The notes beneath the pieces are model-generated. The model was not told where the DNA came from. It searched no databases and saw nothing but the letters and a program-made list of their open reading frames with translations. The translations under genes and the position numbers were made by a program. This document shows positions 44,556 to 54,196 of a stretch of DNA of 64,000 nucleotides, one piece after another (the stretch's first letter is position 1; every line of letters starts with the position of its first letter). Source of the stretch: a virus; the IMG/VR virus record IMGVR_UViG_3300005253_000004, positions 55,471 to 119,470 of that record; one strand, given 5' to 3'.

Positions 44556-45676
44556 TTAAGATTGTAGAATCAGAGGTCACATCATTCGATACCAGCAAAT
44601 GGGCTGATATGGTAATAGGGCCTGCCCGGAGGAGGTTCTTGACTCCAACAGGTGAGCATTACCGTCTTCTGATTCACCTCGCGCATAAGATCTCAGATGG
44701 TGTATTTTACGACGTAGGAACGCTTGATGGGGCGTCTGCGATAGCGTTGGGGTCGAACCTTAGTAATCTTGTTACATCTTGGGACATCAGCGAGGTTTCT
44801 AGAAAGACCGCAGGGTATGCTTACCCTAACGTACCTGGGATGGACAACATCGAGTTTCGTACCAAGAGTATCTTCGATGAGCCTGCGTGGATTTATGACG
44901 TAGCAGACATCATCTGTTTGGATATAGCTCCACATGATGGGATTAAAGAACGTCTGTTCATGGAAGTATTAGAGAAATCGAATTTTAAAGGACTTCTGAT
45001 TTGTGACGATATACGTAACCGACGCTTCCCTAATTTGTCAAAGTGGTGGGATGAGATTGACCATCCTAAATGGATTATCCCGTATGCTCACTGTAGTGGT
45101 ACTGGTATAGTTTCATATGGAGATGAGACCATCGTCAAAGGGTACCCAACTGTTTCTCACGGCATCAAAGGTCACTTGTCTAGAGTCGAAGCAAACTGGC
45201 TTAACGAGATGCCAGCACGGATTGGAGACGGATTATATGGTGAGTTAGGCACCTACAGAGGAAGGTCTGCGGCCTGTATAGCAGGCGGCATACAGACCAG
45301 TGGTATAAAAGCACACCTCATCACAGTAGACTCTTACGATGGTAGGAGTATGACTTCAGGAAGACCACACTCAATGGAGGATACAGTTGCCTGTTTCAAG
45401 GAAAAGGGGATCAGCGAGTATGTCACTTTCATGAAAGGGCTGACGGTCCCTATGGCTGATAAGTGTAGATCTCAAAGATTTGACTTCCTCTTCATAGATG
45501 CCGACCACTCATACGAAGGGTGTAAGGCTGACTTTGTGGCGTGGAGCCCTTTGGTTAGGTCTGGCGGGGAGATCGCATTCCACGATGCCAACTTAGATTC
45601 AGTACTCCAGGTAGTGAAAGAGAGCGGGTGGGAGTGGCATATGGTAGACACGATGGCGGTGGTAACAAAGCCATGA
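44552..45676 (+). CDS. tandem two-domain methyltransferase (Methyltransf_24-like)
   Basis: DVGTLDGAS...DIAPH...DD, then ELGTYRGRS...FIDADHSY...GGEIAFHD. Confidence 0.85.
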   Translation: MIKIVESEVTSFDTSKWADMVIGPARRRFLTPTGEHYRLLIHLAHKISDGVFYDVGTLDGASAIALGSNLSNLVTSWDISEVSRKTAGYAYPNVPGMDNIEFRTKSIFDEPAWIYDVADIICLDIAPHDGIKERLFMEVLEKSNFKGLLICDDIRNRRFPNLSKWWDEIDHPKWIIPYAHCSGTGIVSYGDETIVKGYPTVSHGIKGHLSRVEANWLNEMPARIGDGLYGELGTYRGRSAACIAGGIQTSGIKAHLITVDSYDGRSMTSGRPHSMEDTVACFKEKGISEYVTFMKGLTVPMADKCRSQRFDFLFIDADHSYEGCKADFVAWSPLVRSGGEIAFHDANLDSVLQVVKESGWEWHMVDTMAVVTKP

Positions 45677-46344
45677 ATCGAACAATCGTCTCGTACCCGG
45701 GGAGTGGTAGAACTTGGCTTCGTGTTGTCATAGGAAAGCTGTGTTCCCTTCAGAACGGCACTTCAGATAAAGACTTGTTCAGGACCCCAGGATACAACTT
45801 CTTTCACATACTACCCCCGGAAGGACTCATGGGAAGGAACTTGTTTCTTCTGAGGGACCCTAAGGACGTTTTGAAGTCTAGCTACTATGAGTACAAATAC
45901 CGCCTGAAGAGAGGCGCAGATGATATTGGAACGTTTTCTGAGTTCCTTAGGGGCCCGGCGGGTGCTTCTCAGATAACGCGACGTTATAACAACTGGCACG
46001 ATGTGTGGGAAAAGGATAGTATCTCCGGGGTGGAGTTTTATGAAGACATAGTCGCAGACCCAATAGGTGAGTTCTCTGACCTACTTGATTGGTTCGGGCA
46101 GGAGTATAAACCAATGGATCTAGCCGAAGCTGTCAAGTTTGCAGAGTTTGAAAACCTACGTAGGCTTTCTAAAGAGCAGTACTTCAACTCAACGTATCTA
46201 AACGCTGAAAACCCTAACGATGCTAGAACCTATAAGTTTAGAGTAGGTAGGGTCGGGGAAGGTAACGCGTTCATACCAGAAGAAGACATGGAGTATGTTG
46301 AGAAGACGTTTAGCAAGATCAAATGGAGTAGGTACCGTGGGTGA
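45673..46344 (+). CDS. sulfotransferase
   Basis: SYPGSGRTW, RDPKDVLKS, YEDI, KFRVG. Confidence 0.85.
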   Translation: MNRTIVSYPGSGRTWLRVVIGKLCSLQNGTSDKDLFRTPGYNFFHILPPEGLMGRNLFLLRDPKDVLKSSYYEYKYRLKRGADDIGTFSEFLRGPAGASQITRRYNNWHDVWEKDSISGVEFYEDIVADPIGEFSDLLDWFGQEYKPMDLAEAVKFAEFENLRRLSKEQYFNSTYLNAENPNDARTYKFRVGRVGEGNAFIPEEDMEYVEKTFSKIKWSRYRG

Positions 46345-46909
46345 CGGGAAGATCCTAATTATGGGTGTTGGGGGTTGTGGGTCTGGTTTCCTGTGGAAGC
46401 TACTTGATGATTGTGGTCTTGAGACTCTTGGTATCAATGAGTGGATGCGGCACAGCGGCATCAGGCAGGCAGTAAAGGAAGGCGTTCATGCTGAATTTAA
46501 GTCCCCCAAAGTCATCAAACATCTTGGAGGGTTTCTTACCAATTTGAACTATCATATTGACCAACACAATTGGGAAGTCGAACACATTTTCTTTGCCGTG
46601 GCGTCTCTAGGTATGCAGATGCAGAGCTTTAGGGAGCGTACCCGCCGAGGGCCTTTTGATTACGATACCTATCTGGATAAGTACAGGTATCAGCTAGGCA
46701 CGGGCCTGATCCAACTAATCGAAAGAGACCATCCCTTCAGCCTTATTGAGTGCCCCCGTTCTTTATCAGATTCTAAGTACTGCTACAACAAATTGAAGAT
46801 CGTCCTACCAGATACATCGTATGAAGAGTTCGCTGAAATCCATAAAGCTAGAGTGAACCCTGTGCGGTTGAAGAATAGGCTAAAGGGTTTGGAGGAACAG
46901 AATGACTAA
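46337..46909 (+). CDS. sulfotransferase-like P-loop protein
   Basis: IMGVGGCGSGFL; context. Confidence 0.55.
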   Translation: MGDGKILIMGVGGCGSGFLWKLLDDCGLETLGINEWMRHSGIRQAVKEGVHAEFKSPKVIKHLGGFLTNLNYHIDQHNWEVEHIFFAVASLGMQMQSFRERTRRGPFDYDTYLDKYRYQLGTGLIQLIERDHPFSLIECPRSLSDSKYCYNKLKIVLPDTSYEEFAEIHKARVNPVRLKNRLKGLEEQND

Positions 46910-47795
46910 GCTGATCGGGGTAATGTGTGTACGAGATGAAGCGGATTTACTTCCTGAGGTCTACCCTCATATTAAGGAACTGGTGGATGAAATTTACGTC
47001 TATGATGATGGCTCTACGGACGACACCTGGGGGCTGGTGAAGGACGCAGACTACGCCATTCGGCGGGAGGACGACATTAACCGCCTTAGTATTCCGCGAC
47101 CCAACTATCATCACCTCCTAGAGAAGATCAAGGAGAATCACAACATAGAGGAAGAGGATGTTTGGGCGATCATCACGATGGGTGATCGGTTTTTCCTGAA
47201 CAAGACACCGCGCCAGATTGTGAAGGAGGCAGGAGATTACGTGTCGGTACAGGGGATCCAGTTGGATTTCTTGCGGCACCGCAGGGACCCTTGGACGGAA
47301 GAGAATGATGGGTTCCCAAACTACTCACAGAGCCTACGTGAGCTTTGTCGAGCGGTGCGGGTAGATGAACGATGCACGGTGGCCTATAAGGTGACGAACG
47401 AGACCACCTATCAGCGGGCCAGATACCCCTGGCCTAAAGGAGCAGGCACGCCACAGTATTCAGATCTCGGGGATAAGATCTCATTGGACATGCCTTATCT
47501 CGAACACCAAGGAAGACGTTCACCTAAAGCAGCCCAGTGGCGATACAACACAGGGAGCCGCCCTATTGGGAGGAAGTATCAGCATTGGGACTTCAGCACG
47601 TTTGAATCTTCTATGAAGAGTATGCGCCGGTTTTATGAACCTTATCGGGTCTACCCTTGGGCGGGGTCTGAGTCGTTGGAGTTGATCATCAAGTGGTACA
47701 ACACTGAAGAACTGATGAATACTTCAAGTAGGCGATGGTTCTTCAAAGGTATGGAAGCGGTGTGGCCCGAACTGCCTCCGAGGACTGACATATGA
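46902..47795 (+). CDS. GT-A fold family 2-like glycosyltransferase
   Basis: [18 protein letters not shown], late EH. Confidence 0.8.
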   Translation: MTKLIGVMCVRDEADLLPEVYPHIKELVDEIYVYDDGSTDDTWGLVKDADYAIRREDDINRLSIPRPNYHHLLEKIKENHNIEEEDVWAIITMGDRFFLNKTPRQIVKEAGDYVSVQGIQLDFLRHRRDPWTEENDGFPNYSQSLRELCRAVRVDERCTVAYKVTNETTYQRARYPWPKGAGTPQYSDLGDKISLDMPYLEHQGRRSPKAAQWRYNTGSRPIGRKYQHWDFSTFESSMKSMRRFYEPYRVYPWAGSESLELIIKWYNTEELMNTSSRRWFFKGMEAVWPELPPRTDI

Positions 47796-48331
47796 GCACC
47801 AAGCATTGTAGCTTGACAGGGGTTCATGAAGTAGGTCGCGGAACTTATGGAGAACCTGTTGTGAGGCACTGGAAAGAGAAGCCTCCTGCTAAGCTACGTG
47901 TGGGCGCATACTGTTCCTTCGCAACAGGAGTAACCATTTTCCTGGGTGGGGAACACAACACACACTGGATCTCTACCTATCCGTTCTGTTCTATGCTGCA
48001 CGCTAAAAGCAAAGGCCACCCTAAGACCAAAGGCGATGTCGTTATCGGGAATGACGTGTGGATTGGTAGCGGTGCAACCATCATGTCAGGGGTTACGATT
48101 GGAGATGGTGCTGTAATTGGGGCTGAGGCTGTTGTAGCTAAGGACGTGGCTCCTTACGCCATAGTGGTCGGCAACCCTGCGTGTGAGATACGTAAACGGT
48201 TTAATGATGATACTATTGTGTATCTCCTAGACCTGAAGTGGTGGGACTGGGACGAGGAAAAGGTGCTGGGGGCTGCTGATATATTCATGTCAGGTGACTT
48301 CGATAAGTTGAAGGAGTACGCAAATGGGTAA
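47792..48331 (+). CDS. hexapeptide-repeat O-acetyltransferase (CatB/Vat-like fold)
   Basis: [35 protein letters not shown]. Confidence 0.88.
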   Translation: MSTKHCSLTGVHEVGRGTYGEPVVRHWKEKPPAKLRVGAYCSFATGVTIFLGGEHNTHWISTYPFCSMLHAKSKGHPKTKGDVVIGNDVWIGSGATIMSGVTIGDGAVIGAEAVVAKDVAPYAIVVGNPACEIRKRFNDDTIVYLLDLKWWDWDEEKVLGAADIFMSGDFDKLKEYANG

Positions 48332-48923
48332 GATCTTCGGCATAGGCTTGTCCCGCACAGCGACCAAAGGACTATCTACGGCTCTCAACAGCCTTGGAAT
48401 CAAAACGATCCACTATCCTGAAGAATACGATACGCTCAAGTTGTTGTCGAACGGGGTCTTCAAGCTGCCTATATTAGAAGAGTATGATGCCATCACAGAC
48501 ATCCAGACGGTTCCGTTCTACCCCCAGCTAGACGAGGAATACCCAAATAGTAAGTTCATCTTCACTGTGCGTGACATTGACTCGTGGCTGGAATCTACTA
48601 AGAAACATTTCAAAGGGGTAGAGCGCGAGGAACGCTTGGTGAGGGACATTAAGTACTCTGAGGTTTACTGGATGCGGTCTGCGGTGTACGGGACGTTGGT
48701 ATGGGATCGTAGTGTGTTCCGGCAACGTTATTACACTCACCATACAGCGGTCATGGACTACTTCGAAGGCAGAGACAATTTGTTGGTGCTGGATATCTGT
48801 GCTGGGGACGGGTGGAATAAGCTGTGCCCCTTCCTTGGTGTGGATACTCCTAATAGTAGGTTCCCGGATAACATAACCGCCGAGCGCCTCGTCAAGAGAG
48901 CTTGGAGAAACAGAAGCAAATGA
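48324..48923 (+). CDS. sulfotransferase (Sulfotransfer_4-like)
   Basis: [36 protein letters not shown]. Confidence 0.88.
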   Translation: MGKIFGIGLSRTATKGLSTALNSLGIKTIHYPEEYDTLKLLSNGVFKLPILEEYDAITDIQTVPFYPQLDEEYPNSKFIFTVRDIDSWLESTKKHFKGVEREERLVRDIKYSEVYWMRSAVYGTLVWDRSVFRQRYYTHHTAVMDYFEGRDNLLVLDICAGDGWNKLCPFLGVDTPNSRFPDNITAERLVKRAWRNRSK

Positions 48924-49657
48924 AACACTATCTTATCACACCGTGGAATGCTGACAATCTCGACCCGGAGTGGTTGGACGAGAGGCATATCCTGTATGAG
49001 AAGTACTGTCTTCCATCTGTTCTCTCACAAGATAACGAGGACTTTGAGTGGCTCTTGATAGTAGACTCCCGAACTCCAAAGCAATACAAGAGTAGATTGG
49101 AATCCTATCCAGCTACGATAATCTATCATGACTTCGGGACTACTGAGTGGAAGTTCGACTTGGAAGGCAAGGGTAGGGGGCACCGTGCTGTCAACCTCGA
49201 ACACAGCGTGGCTGAGCCTCTACGAAACTACATAGGTACACCAGACACAGACTACGTGATTACGTCTAGGCTGGATAGTGATGACGCCATTAGCGTTGAC
49301 CACATTGCCAAAATACAGAGACATGCCAAACAGCGTGGTATAAGAAAAGAAAGGTTCTGGCTAAACATTGTCAGAGGTATGAAGCTGCACGAAGGAAACG
49401 TGTACCCGATCAACCGACAGAGTAACCCTTTCATCTCGTTTGTGGAGCCGCCGTACGATTTGTTGACTACCTATCAAGTCTCACACGTCGAGGCGGTGTG
49501 TACAGGACATCATATCGAGCAAGTACGAGAAGGAAGCCCTACTTGGTTACAAGTAATACACGGCGGAAACCTGTGCAACAGGCTGATGAGGTTTCGTGGT
49601 GAAAGACCTTTCTCAACGGTGAGCGACTGCTTCAAAGTAAAAGGCCCCGGATCGTAA
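48920..49657 (+). CDS. putative rhamnosyltransferase-like glycosyltransferase
   Basis: CLPSVLSQ..DFEW, SRLDSDD, WLQVIHGGN. Confidence 0.8.
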   Translation: MKHYLITPWNADNLDPEWLDERHILYEKYCLPSVLSQDNEDFEWLLIVDSRTPKQYKSRLESYPATIIYHDFGTTEWKFDLEGKGRGHRAVNLEHSVAEPLRNYIGTPDTDYVITSRLDSDDAISVDHIAKIQRHAKQRGIRKERFWLNIVRGMKLHEGNVYPINRQSNPFISFVEPPYDLLTTYQVSHVEAVCTGHHIEQVREGSPTWLQVIHGGNLCNRLMRFRGERPFSTVSDCFKVKGPGS

Positions 49658-49666
49658 CCCGAGGCC
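49638..49666 (-). terminator. intrinsic terminator between convergent blocks
   Basis: GGCCTCGG-loop-CCGGGGCC-TTTT on minus strand. Confidence 0.55.
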
Positions 49667-49695
49667 CTTCCCTCCTTACACCGCTCTGACGAACC

Positions 49696-50061
49696 TTAGT
49701 CGATCTCCCCCTCCGACAAGAACCCTGGGTCGCCTACAGCTCTAGGCGACGGCCGAAGTCGTTTCGCGTCAACGGATATCCCAAGCGCTGACGTAATCGT
49801 CACCACCAGTTGATCCACTGTATTGAAAGCGAACTTGATCGATCCGCCTGGACCGTTCGACCTACTCACGATCAGCGAACCATCCTCAAAGAACTGAACC
49901 ACAAACTGCTCGTAGTCGATCTGAGGTGGTAGCTGAGGGATATCCTGCATAGCGCCAGCAAAACTGACAGCGCTCCTCAGGTTTTCCGCTTCAGCAGGTG
50001 CAATCGTGAGGCCCTCAATGGTGATGACCTCCGAGTCTGCTACTACCTTGAAGTCAGCCAT
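49696..50061 (-). CDS. hypothetical protein
   Basis: MADFKV after GGAGGAG. Confidence 0.6.
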   Translation of the reverse strand: MADFKVVADSEVITIEGLTIAPAEAENLRSAVSFAGAMQDIPQLPPQIDYEQFVVQFFEDGSLIVSRSNGPGGSIKFAFNTVDQLVVTITSALGISVDAKRLRPSPRAVGDPGFLSEGEID

Positions 50062-50371
50062 TACTCTCCTCCTTTTCCTTAGTAAGTATCTCTGGAAGCT
50101 CCCCGCCCACTTCAAGACTGTTTTCTTCATTGTATGAGTCAACCACTGTTTGCGCCATTGCCTGAAACCCTTCGGGGTTTTCACGGAACTCATGCGCCAT
50201 GATGACCTTCGTATCGTGCTTCTTCCCAGCAGTTACTTTATCGTAATGTTTATCTTCTTGATGCACCCCATCTACAGGTGGGTTAGGAATGCGGTTATCG
50301 TCAGAACTTTTCCAACAACCCTCATTCGTCACCCTAGGGTCTTTCAGTGCTTGACGTTGCTTATTCCTCAT
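50054..50371 (-). CDS. hypothetical protein
   Basis: 105 aa, coupled. Confidence 0.6.
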   Translation of the reverse strand: MRNKQRQALKDPRVTNEGCWKSSDDNRIPNPPVDGVHQEDKHYDKVTAGKKHDTKVIMAHEFRENPEGFQAMAQTVVDSYNEENSLEVGGELPEILTKEKEESNG

Positions 50372-50985
50372 TAGATGCTCTCCGTACTTTCAGCCGGTGC
50401 GGCCAACGCGTCGTGTTTCTCCTTGATCTCCGGATGCTCAGAAAGGAACATATTCAGAGCCGTCTTGGAAGGAAACTGCCGAGGCGGGTTGGTCACGAAG
50501 CAGCTTCTCTCCGGATCCAGTGTACGACTGATAGACCCCTTGGCTTTGTCTGTGCTTACCAGCTGCTCAAGGATCGCGATACGAGCCTGCACCTTGTCTA
50601 CCTTCTTCTGCATGTTGCCGTACCCAGCTTGATCCAACAGTTCCTGCATCACATCATCGTCAACGCTGACGCCTTGCTGCGAGCGGGAGCCCTTGGTTCT
50701 ATCAAGGAAGGTACGAATACGATCCTTGTGCTCTGCCACGTACGCCCTCAGGGTCTCAAGAGCTTGGAAGTCGTAGCTCAGATTCGAGTCCTGAAGGAAC
50801 ACGCCTTCAAAGTCCAGAATCTTCTTGGTCTCTTCTGACCCTGGCTTGCCGGGGCGGAAATCGTCCAACTGCTGCATGGTGATGTTCACCTCGCCATCGG
50901 CGGGGACATCAATGAAGATGCCCTGTTGATAGTCAATGCTCACGTCAAACGGGGTCGGGTTGATCAGATTTGCAACTACTGCCAT
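50371..50985 (-). CDS. hypothetical protein
   Basis: 204 aa, AAGGAG SD. Confidence 0.7.
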   Translation of the reverse strand: MAVVANLINPTPFDVSIDYQQGIFIDVPADGEVNITMQQLDDFRPGKPGSEETKKILDFEGVFLQDSNLSYDFQALETLRAYVAEHKDRIRTFLDRTKGSRSQQGVSVDDDVMQELLDQAGYGNMQKKVDKVQARIAILEQLVSTDKAKGSISRTLDPERSCFVTNPPRQFPSKTALNMFLSEHPEIKEKHDALAAPAESTESI

Positions 50986-50986
50986 T

Positions 50987-51181
50987 TCATTTCTCCTTCT
51001 TTTGTCTACCTTGTGATCTCAGCTTTATGCCCTCCTCCACCAGCAATATCCTGATGGTGCTCGCTGAGGTATCGAACCATTCTGCTACTTCCTTCAGAGA
51101 CCCACCTCCTTGGTAGGCCCCGATGATATTGTCCTTGAGCTGTAGCAACTGTCGCTTCTTGTTGCTGATGCGTCTACTCAT
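50987..51181 (-). CDS. small HTH DNA-binding protein
   Basis: YQGGGSLKEVAEWFDTSASTIRILL. Confidence 0.7.
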   Translation of the reverse strand: MSRRISNKKRQLLQLKDNIIGAYQGGGSLKEVAEWFDTSASTIRILLVEEGIKLRSQGRQKKEK

Positions 51182-51204
51182 TTCCTCCTCCTGCTCTCTT
51201 CTTA

Positions 51205-51233
51205 ATTATAGGAACTTTTAACTTTAATTGCAA
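51205..51233 (-). promoter_or_regulatory. class B promoter
   Basis: TTGCAA-17-TATAAT within TTCCTATAATTAAG. Confidence 0.75.
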
Positions 51234-51241
51234 CTTAATGT

Positions 51242-51958
51242 TTAATGTTTAATCTCTTCCGTCACGACAGGCGGCTCTGCTGCTTGTGCTTCTTCAAGCT
51301 CCGCTTCTGCCGTTTGCACCGCATCTACAAAACTATTTGCGGCGCTCCGCAGCTCCACATTTTCCTTTTCTAGCTCTGTAACCCGCTTCTTAGCTTCGGC
51401 CGTGGCTTTCTCCTCCTTGAGGGAAGGCACCGGCTCCGTGGCGCCATCGGCCCGCAGCGCCCCAAAGCCGAGCTGCTCTCTCACCGTATTACCTACCGCA
51501 AATCCTACTGCAGTAGCGATTTTCGACTCAATGACACCAGCCAGATTCAGGGAAATGGCCTCGATCCGCTCTACCTGCTTGGGCTCCATGGCGATCCGAG
51601 CGGTCCGGAACATGTCGTAAAAAGCGTCCTTGATAGCCACGTCGAATGCCTTAGGTACTGGCTTTGCTGCTTTCGAAGGGTCTGGTGTGAAGATGGCCTG
51701 AGATTGGCCTCTGAAGAAGTCCGCGGTTGCGGCCCCGAAATCCTGAGCAGCCAGCTCTAGGAACTGATCGAGGTTCTTCTGGGTAGGTGCCTCTTTGAGA
51801 ATTTCCAGCCGATTCATCACCGGAGCTGAGTTCTTTCCTAATTCAAAATGCAGAGTCCCCGGGCGGTGTTGCCCTTCCCCACTGCACATATTTGCTATTT
51901 CTTGATCGACGTTCGCGAGAAACTGCACCAGCCTCTCCCTGTTGACTTCTTCGCTCAT
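51242..51958 (-). CDS. hypothetical protein with C-terminal coiled coil
   Basis: 238 aa. Confidence 0.7.
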   Translation of the reverse strand: MSEEVNRERLVQFLANVDQEIANMCSGEGQHRPGTLHFELGKNSAPVMNRLEILKEAPTQKNLDQFLELAAQDFGAATADFFRGQSQAIFTPDPSKAAKPVPKAFDVAIKDAFYDMFRTARIAMEPKQVERIEAISLNLAGVIESKIATAVGFAVGNTVREQLGFGALRADGATEPVPSLKEEKATAEAKKRVTELEKENVELRSAANSFVDAVQTAEAELEEAQAAEPPVVTEEIKH

Positions 51959-52074
51959 CTTGTCTCTCCCTTTGTTTGATTTCTTTCTTCAGTTTGCGGC
52001 TGCATCTCTGACAGACTAGCCGATTGTCTACGACCTTGATACCATCGATGACTTTGCATCGGTCACAGAGGTCG

Positions 52075-52695
52075 TTATCCTTGTGGTTGTGCATCTTGCT
52101 TCCTTGCGTTGGGTGAATTGTGTGTTTTGTGTTGCCTTAGGATGTGTGTCCTCACTCTGTGGCAGTTAGAACACACTAAATCACAAACTTTGATCTCTTC
52201 TTCTACGACTCTGATATTCTCCAAGGTTCTTTTGTATGAGTTGTGCTTTGATAGGGTAAATCCTTTCGATTCGTTTGGTCTGTGGTCGAAGTCCATTACA
52301 ACCCAATCGTAAGTATCTCCGCAGTCTAGACAAGGGGTTCTGGTGTACTTGTCTTCTAGATAGTGTTGGATCTTGTTTCTGTTCTTCTCATGTTTTCTGT
52401 GCCACGGCATACCATACTTCCTATTCTCAGTCTTAGTTCTTTCTGGATTGTCTTTTCGCCATTGCCGTTTTCGTGCTACAGCAGCTTTTCGTACGGCTGG
52501 GTCTGCTCTTCGCCTCGCAGTATCCCTGGCATCGGCACGGGCTCTGTTCTTCAAATACCAAGCAGAAGAACTTTCTGTATTACAAGCCTTACACCACGCC
52601 CTACGCTTTCCAGGTTTCTTTTTCTGCCACTGCCATGCGAAATAACCTAGAGGGTGCTCACATTTGCATTTCGTACAGATTTTGGTATCACTCAT
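52075..52695 (-). CDS. HNH-family endonuclease
   Basis: CTKC..CKAC, CLDC, DFDH, EIKVCDLVCSNCHR. Confidence 0.8.
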   Translation of the reverse strand: MSDTKICTKCKCEHPLGYFAWQWQKKKPGKRRAWCKACNTESSSAWYLKNRARADARDTARRRADPAVRKAAVARKRQWRKDNPERTKTENRKYGMPWHRKHEKNRNKIQHYLEDKYTRTPCLDCGDTYDWVVMDFDHRPNESKGFTLSKHNSYKRTLENIRVVEEEIKVCDLVCSNCHRVRTHILRQHKTHNSPNARKQDAQPQG

Positions 52696-53482
52696 CCAAG
52701 AAGCCCATGTCGAGAGTTTCGGAGCTGGTATTCCAGTAAATATCCAAGGTTGTTGACACCGAAGAGTGTCCTAGTACCTTGGAGACAAGGAGCGGCGAAC
52801 TTCCTGCGTCCAATGCGAGGGTTGCGAACGAATGGCGTAATCCGTGGTACGTTATGGTTTTGATACCTGCCTCTTTACAGTACCTTTTGAGGTACGGGTT
52901 CGGATCGAAGATCGAAGGAATAACGTTTGACTTTCGTTTCTTCTTACAGCTATTATAGGTAATAAATGCTGGCTGTGCCACTATGATTTTCTCAAGAGCG
53001 GAACTTATTGGAACATAACGGCTTTTTCCACTTTTGGTTTCGCCTTCGTAGGACCGCTGCACCAAAATGCGGTTGCGCAACATGTCTAGATCCCCCCACC
53101 TGAGTCCGAAAGCTTCCCCTCTTCGGATGCCGGTGTTGATCCCGAGATGATACGCCAAGTACAAGGGACTGGAGGTTGGTATAACGGCGCTGAGAGCGAC
53201 GATCTCAGGACGAGTGAGGGCTTTGGGTGGGAGCTGTTGTTTCGAACGTCCTACGCGCTTTACGTGATCCCTGATATCCAGCTCTATTCCGGTTTCATCC
53301 CGGACGTGCTCTTTTGCTATATATAGCAAGCATTTCACAGTACCGGGCTGCAGATCGACCTCCCATAGATCGACGACCTCATCGAGATTGGACCCGTCGT
53401 CTGCGAGGTTGGGGCCTACCCAGTTACGGAATAAAGACTCTTTCGCTCTGATTGTACTCGGCCTGCCTCTTAGGTTTTTCAT
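52688..53482 (-). CDS. tyrosine recombinase/integrase
   Basis: TGIRRGE, TKSGK, HGLRHS, LGHS, catalytic Y in TTLDIY. Confidence 0.92.
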   Translation of the reverse strand: MKNLRGRPSTIRAKESLFRNWVGPNLADDGSNLDEVVDLWEVDLQPGTVKCLLYIAKEHVRDETGIELDIRDHVKRVGRSKQQLPPKALTRPEIVALSAVIPTSSPLYLAYHLGINTGIRRGEAFGLRWGDLDMLRNRILVQRSYEGETKSGKSRYVPISSALEKIIVAQPAFITYNSCKKKRKSNVIPSIFDPNPYLKRYCKEAGIKTITYHGLRHSFATLALDAGSSPLLVSKVLGHSSVSTTLDIYWNTSSETLDMGFLDE

Positions 53483-53515
53483 TGGTCTCCAAAGAATTAC
53501 ATTATCTCATGCTCC

Positions 53516-53567
53516 ATTATAGCTTATCTCTCAAAAGATTGCAACTCTTAGAGGGATTTCCTATAAT
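53516..53567. promoter_or_regulatory. bidirectional promoter sharing one palindromic TTGCAA -35
   Basis: ATTATA(53516-21)-17-TTGCAA(53539-44)-17-TATAAT(53562-67). Confidence 0.8.
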
Positions 53568-53603
53568 TAAGAGAGAGAACAGCAGGTTACGGAGGGAGCT
53601 GCA

Positions 53604-53882
53604 TTGGACGAAAACAAGGAAGTTGAAGAAAGAACTCCAGGGCTGGTTCTGACCGGATTCGGGAAGCACAAGCTGAAAAACATGTTGGAGTGGATAGGTA
53701 CCGACAAAGAGATAGACCTCCTCACAGCCTTCCGGAAGTGGCCTGCCGTGTACCGAGAGGAACGGATAGCCGACGAAGAGGACCTAGAGTACGCTTGTCG
53801 GTTTCTAGCCTTCCTTCAGGATGCCGTTTTAGAGTACGAACTACAGAGCCCCCCAGAAGGGGGCAAGGAGAACACCGAATGA
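53604..53882 (+). CDS. hypothetical protein
   Basis: 92 aa, TTG start after GGAGG. Confidence 0.6.
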   Translation: MDENKEVEERTPGLVLTGFGKHKLKNMLEWIGTDKEIDLLTAFRKWPAVYREERIADEEDLEYACRFLAFLQDAVLEYELQSPPEGGKENTE

Positions 53883-54181
53883 GTTTAGGACAAACTGCTG
53901 CGCGAAGAACTGACAGTCAATACGCTGCTTCTGGGACTATGACCGTGGCGACTGGAGCGCCCGTCAAGGTCTACTGTGTAGAGCTGGCTGCTGATATTAG
54001 TAATGCCACGGTCTTCACGATCTATGACGGTGACGGAACTACAGTAAGAGGAAAGGTACATCTCGCTGCCAACACCAGCCTCAGTTGGGGCTGCTGTCAC
54101 ATCGCTGACAAAGGAATCGCTGTTAATTCTGACAAAGCTGCTGCCTCCTGTACGGTATTCCACGACAGTCCCGGTAATTGA
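53879..54181 (+). CDS. small beta-rich putative virion protein
   Basis: FTIYDG.., beta-strand pattern; start reset to MSLGQ. Confidence 0.55.
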   Translation: MSLGQTAARRTDSQYAASGTMTVATGAPVKVYCVELAADISNATVFTIYDGDGTTVRGKVHLAANTSLSWGCCHIADKGIAVNSDKAAASCTVFHDSPGN

Positions 54182-54196
54182 TCGAGAGCACAATGA

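Noticed and set aside
41305-45676. DNA methyltransferases
   Set aside because: No DPPY/NPPY or PC motifs; patterns match small-molecule/sugar O-methyltransferases
47792-48331. Antibiotic-resistance gene (catB/vat)
   Set aside because: The fold is shared with sugar O-acetyltransferases and the gene sits inside a glycan-modification cluster
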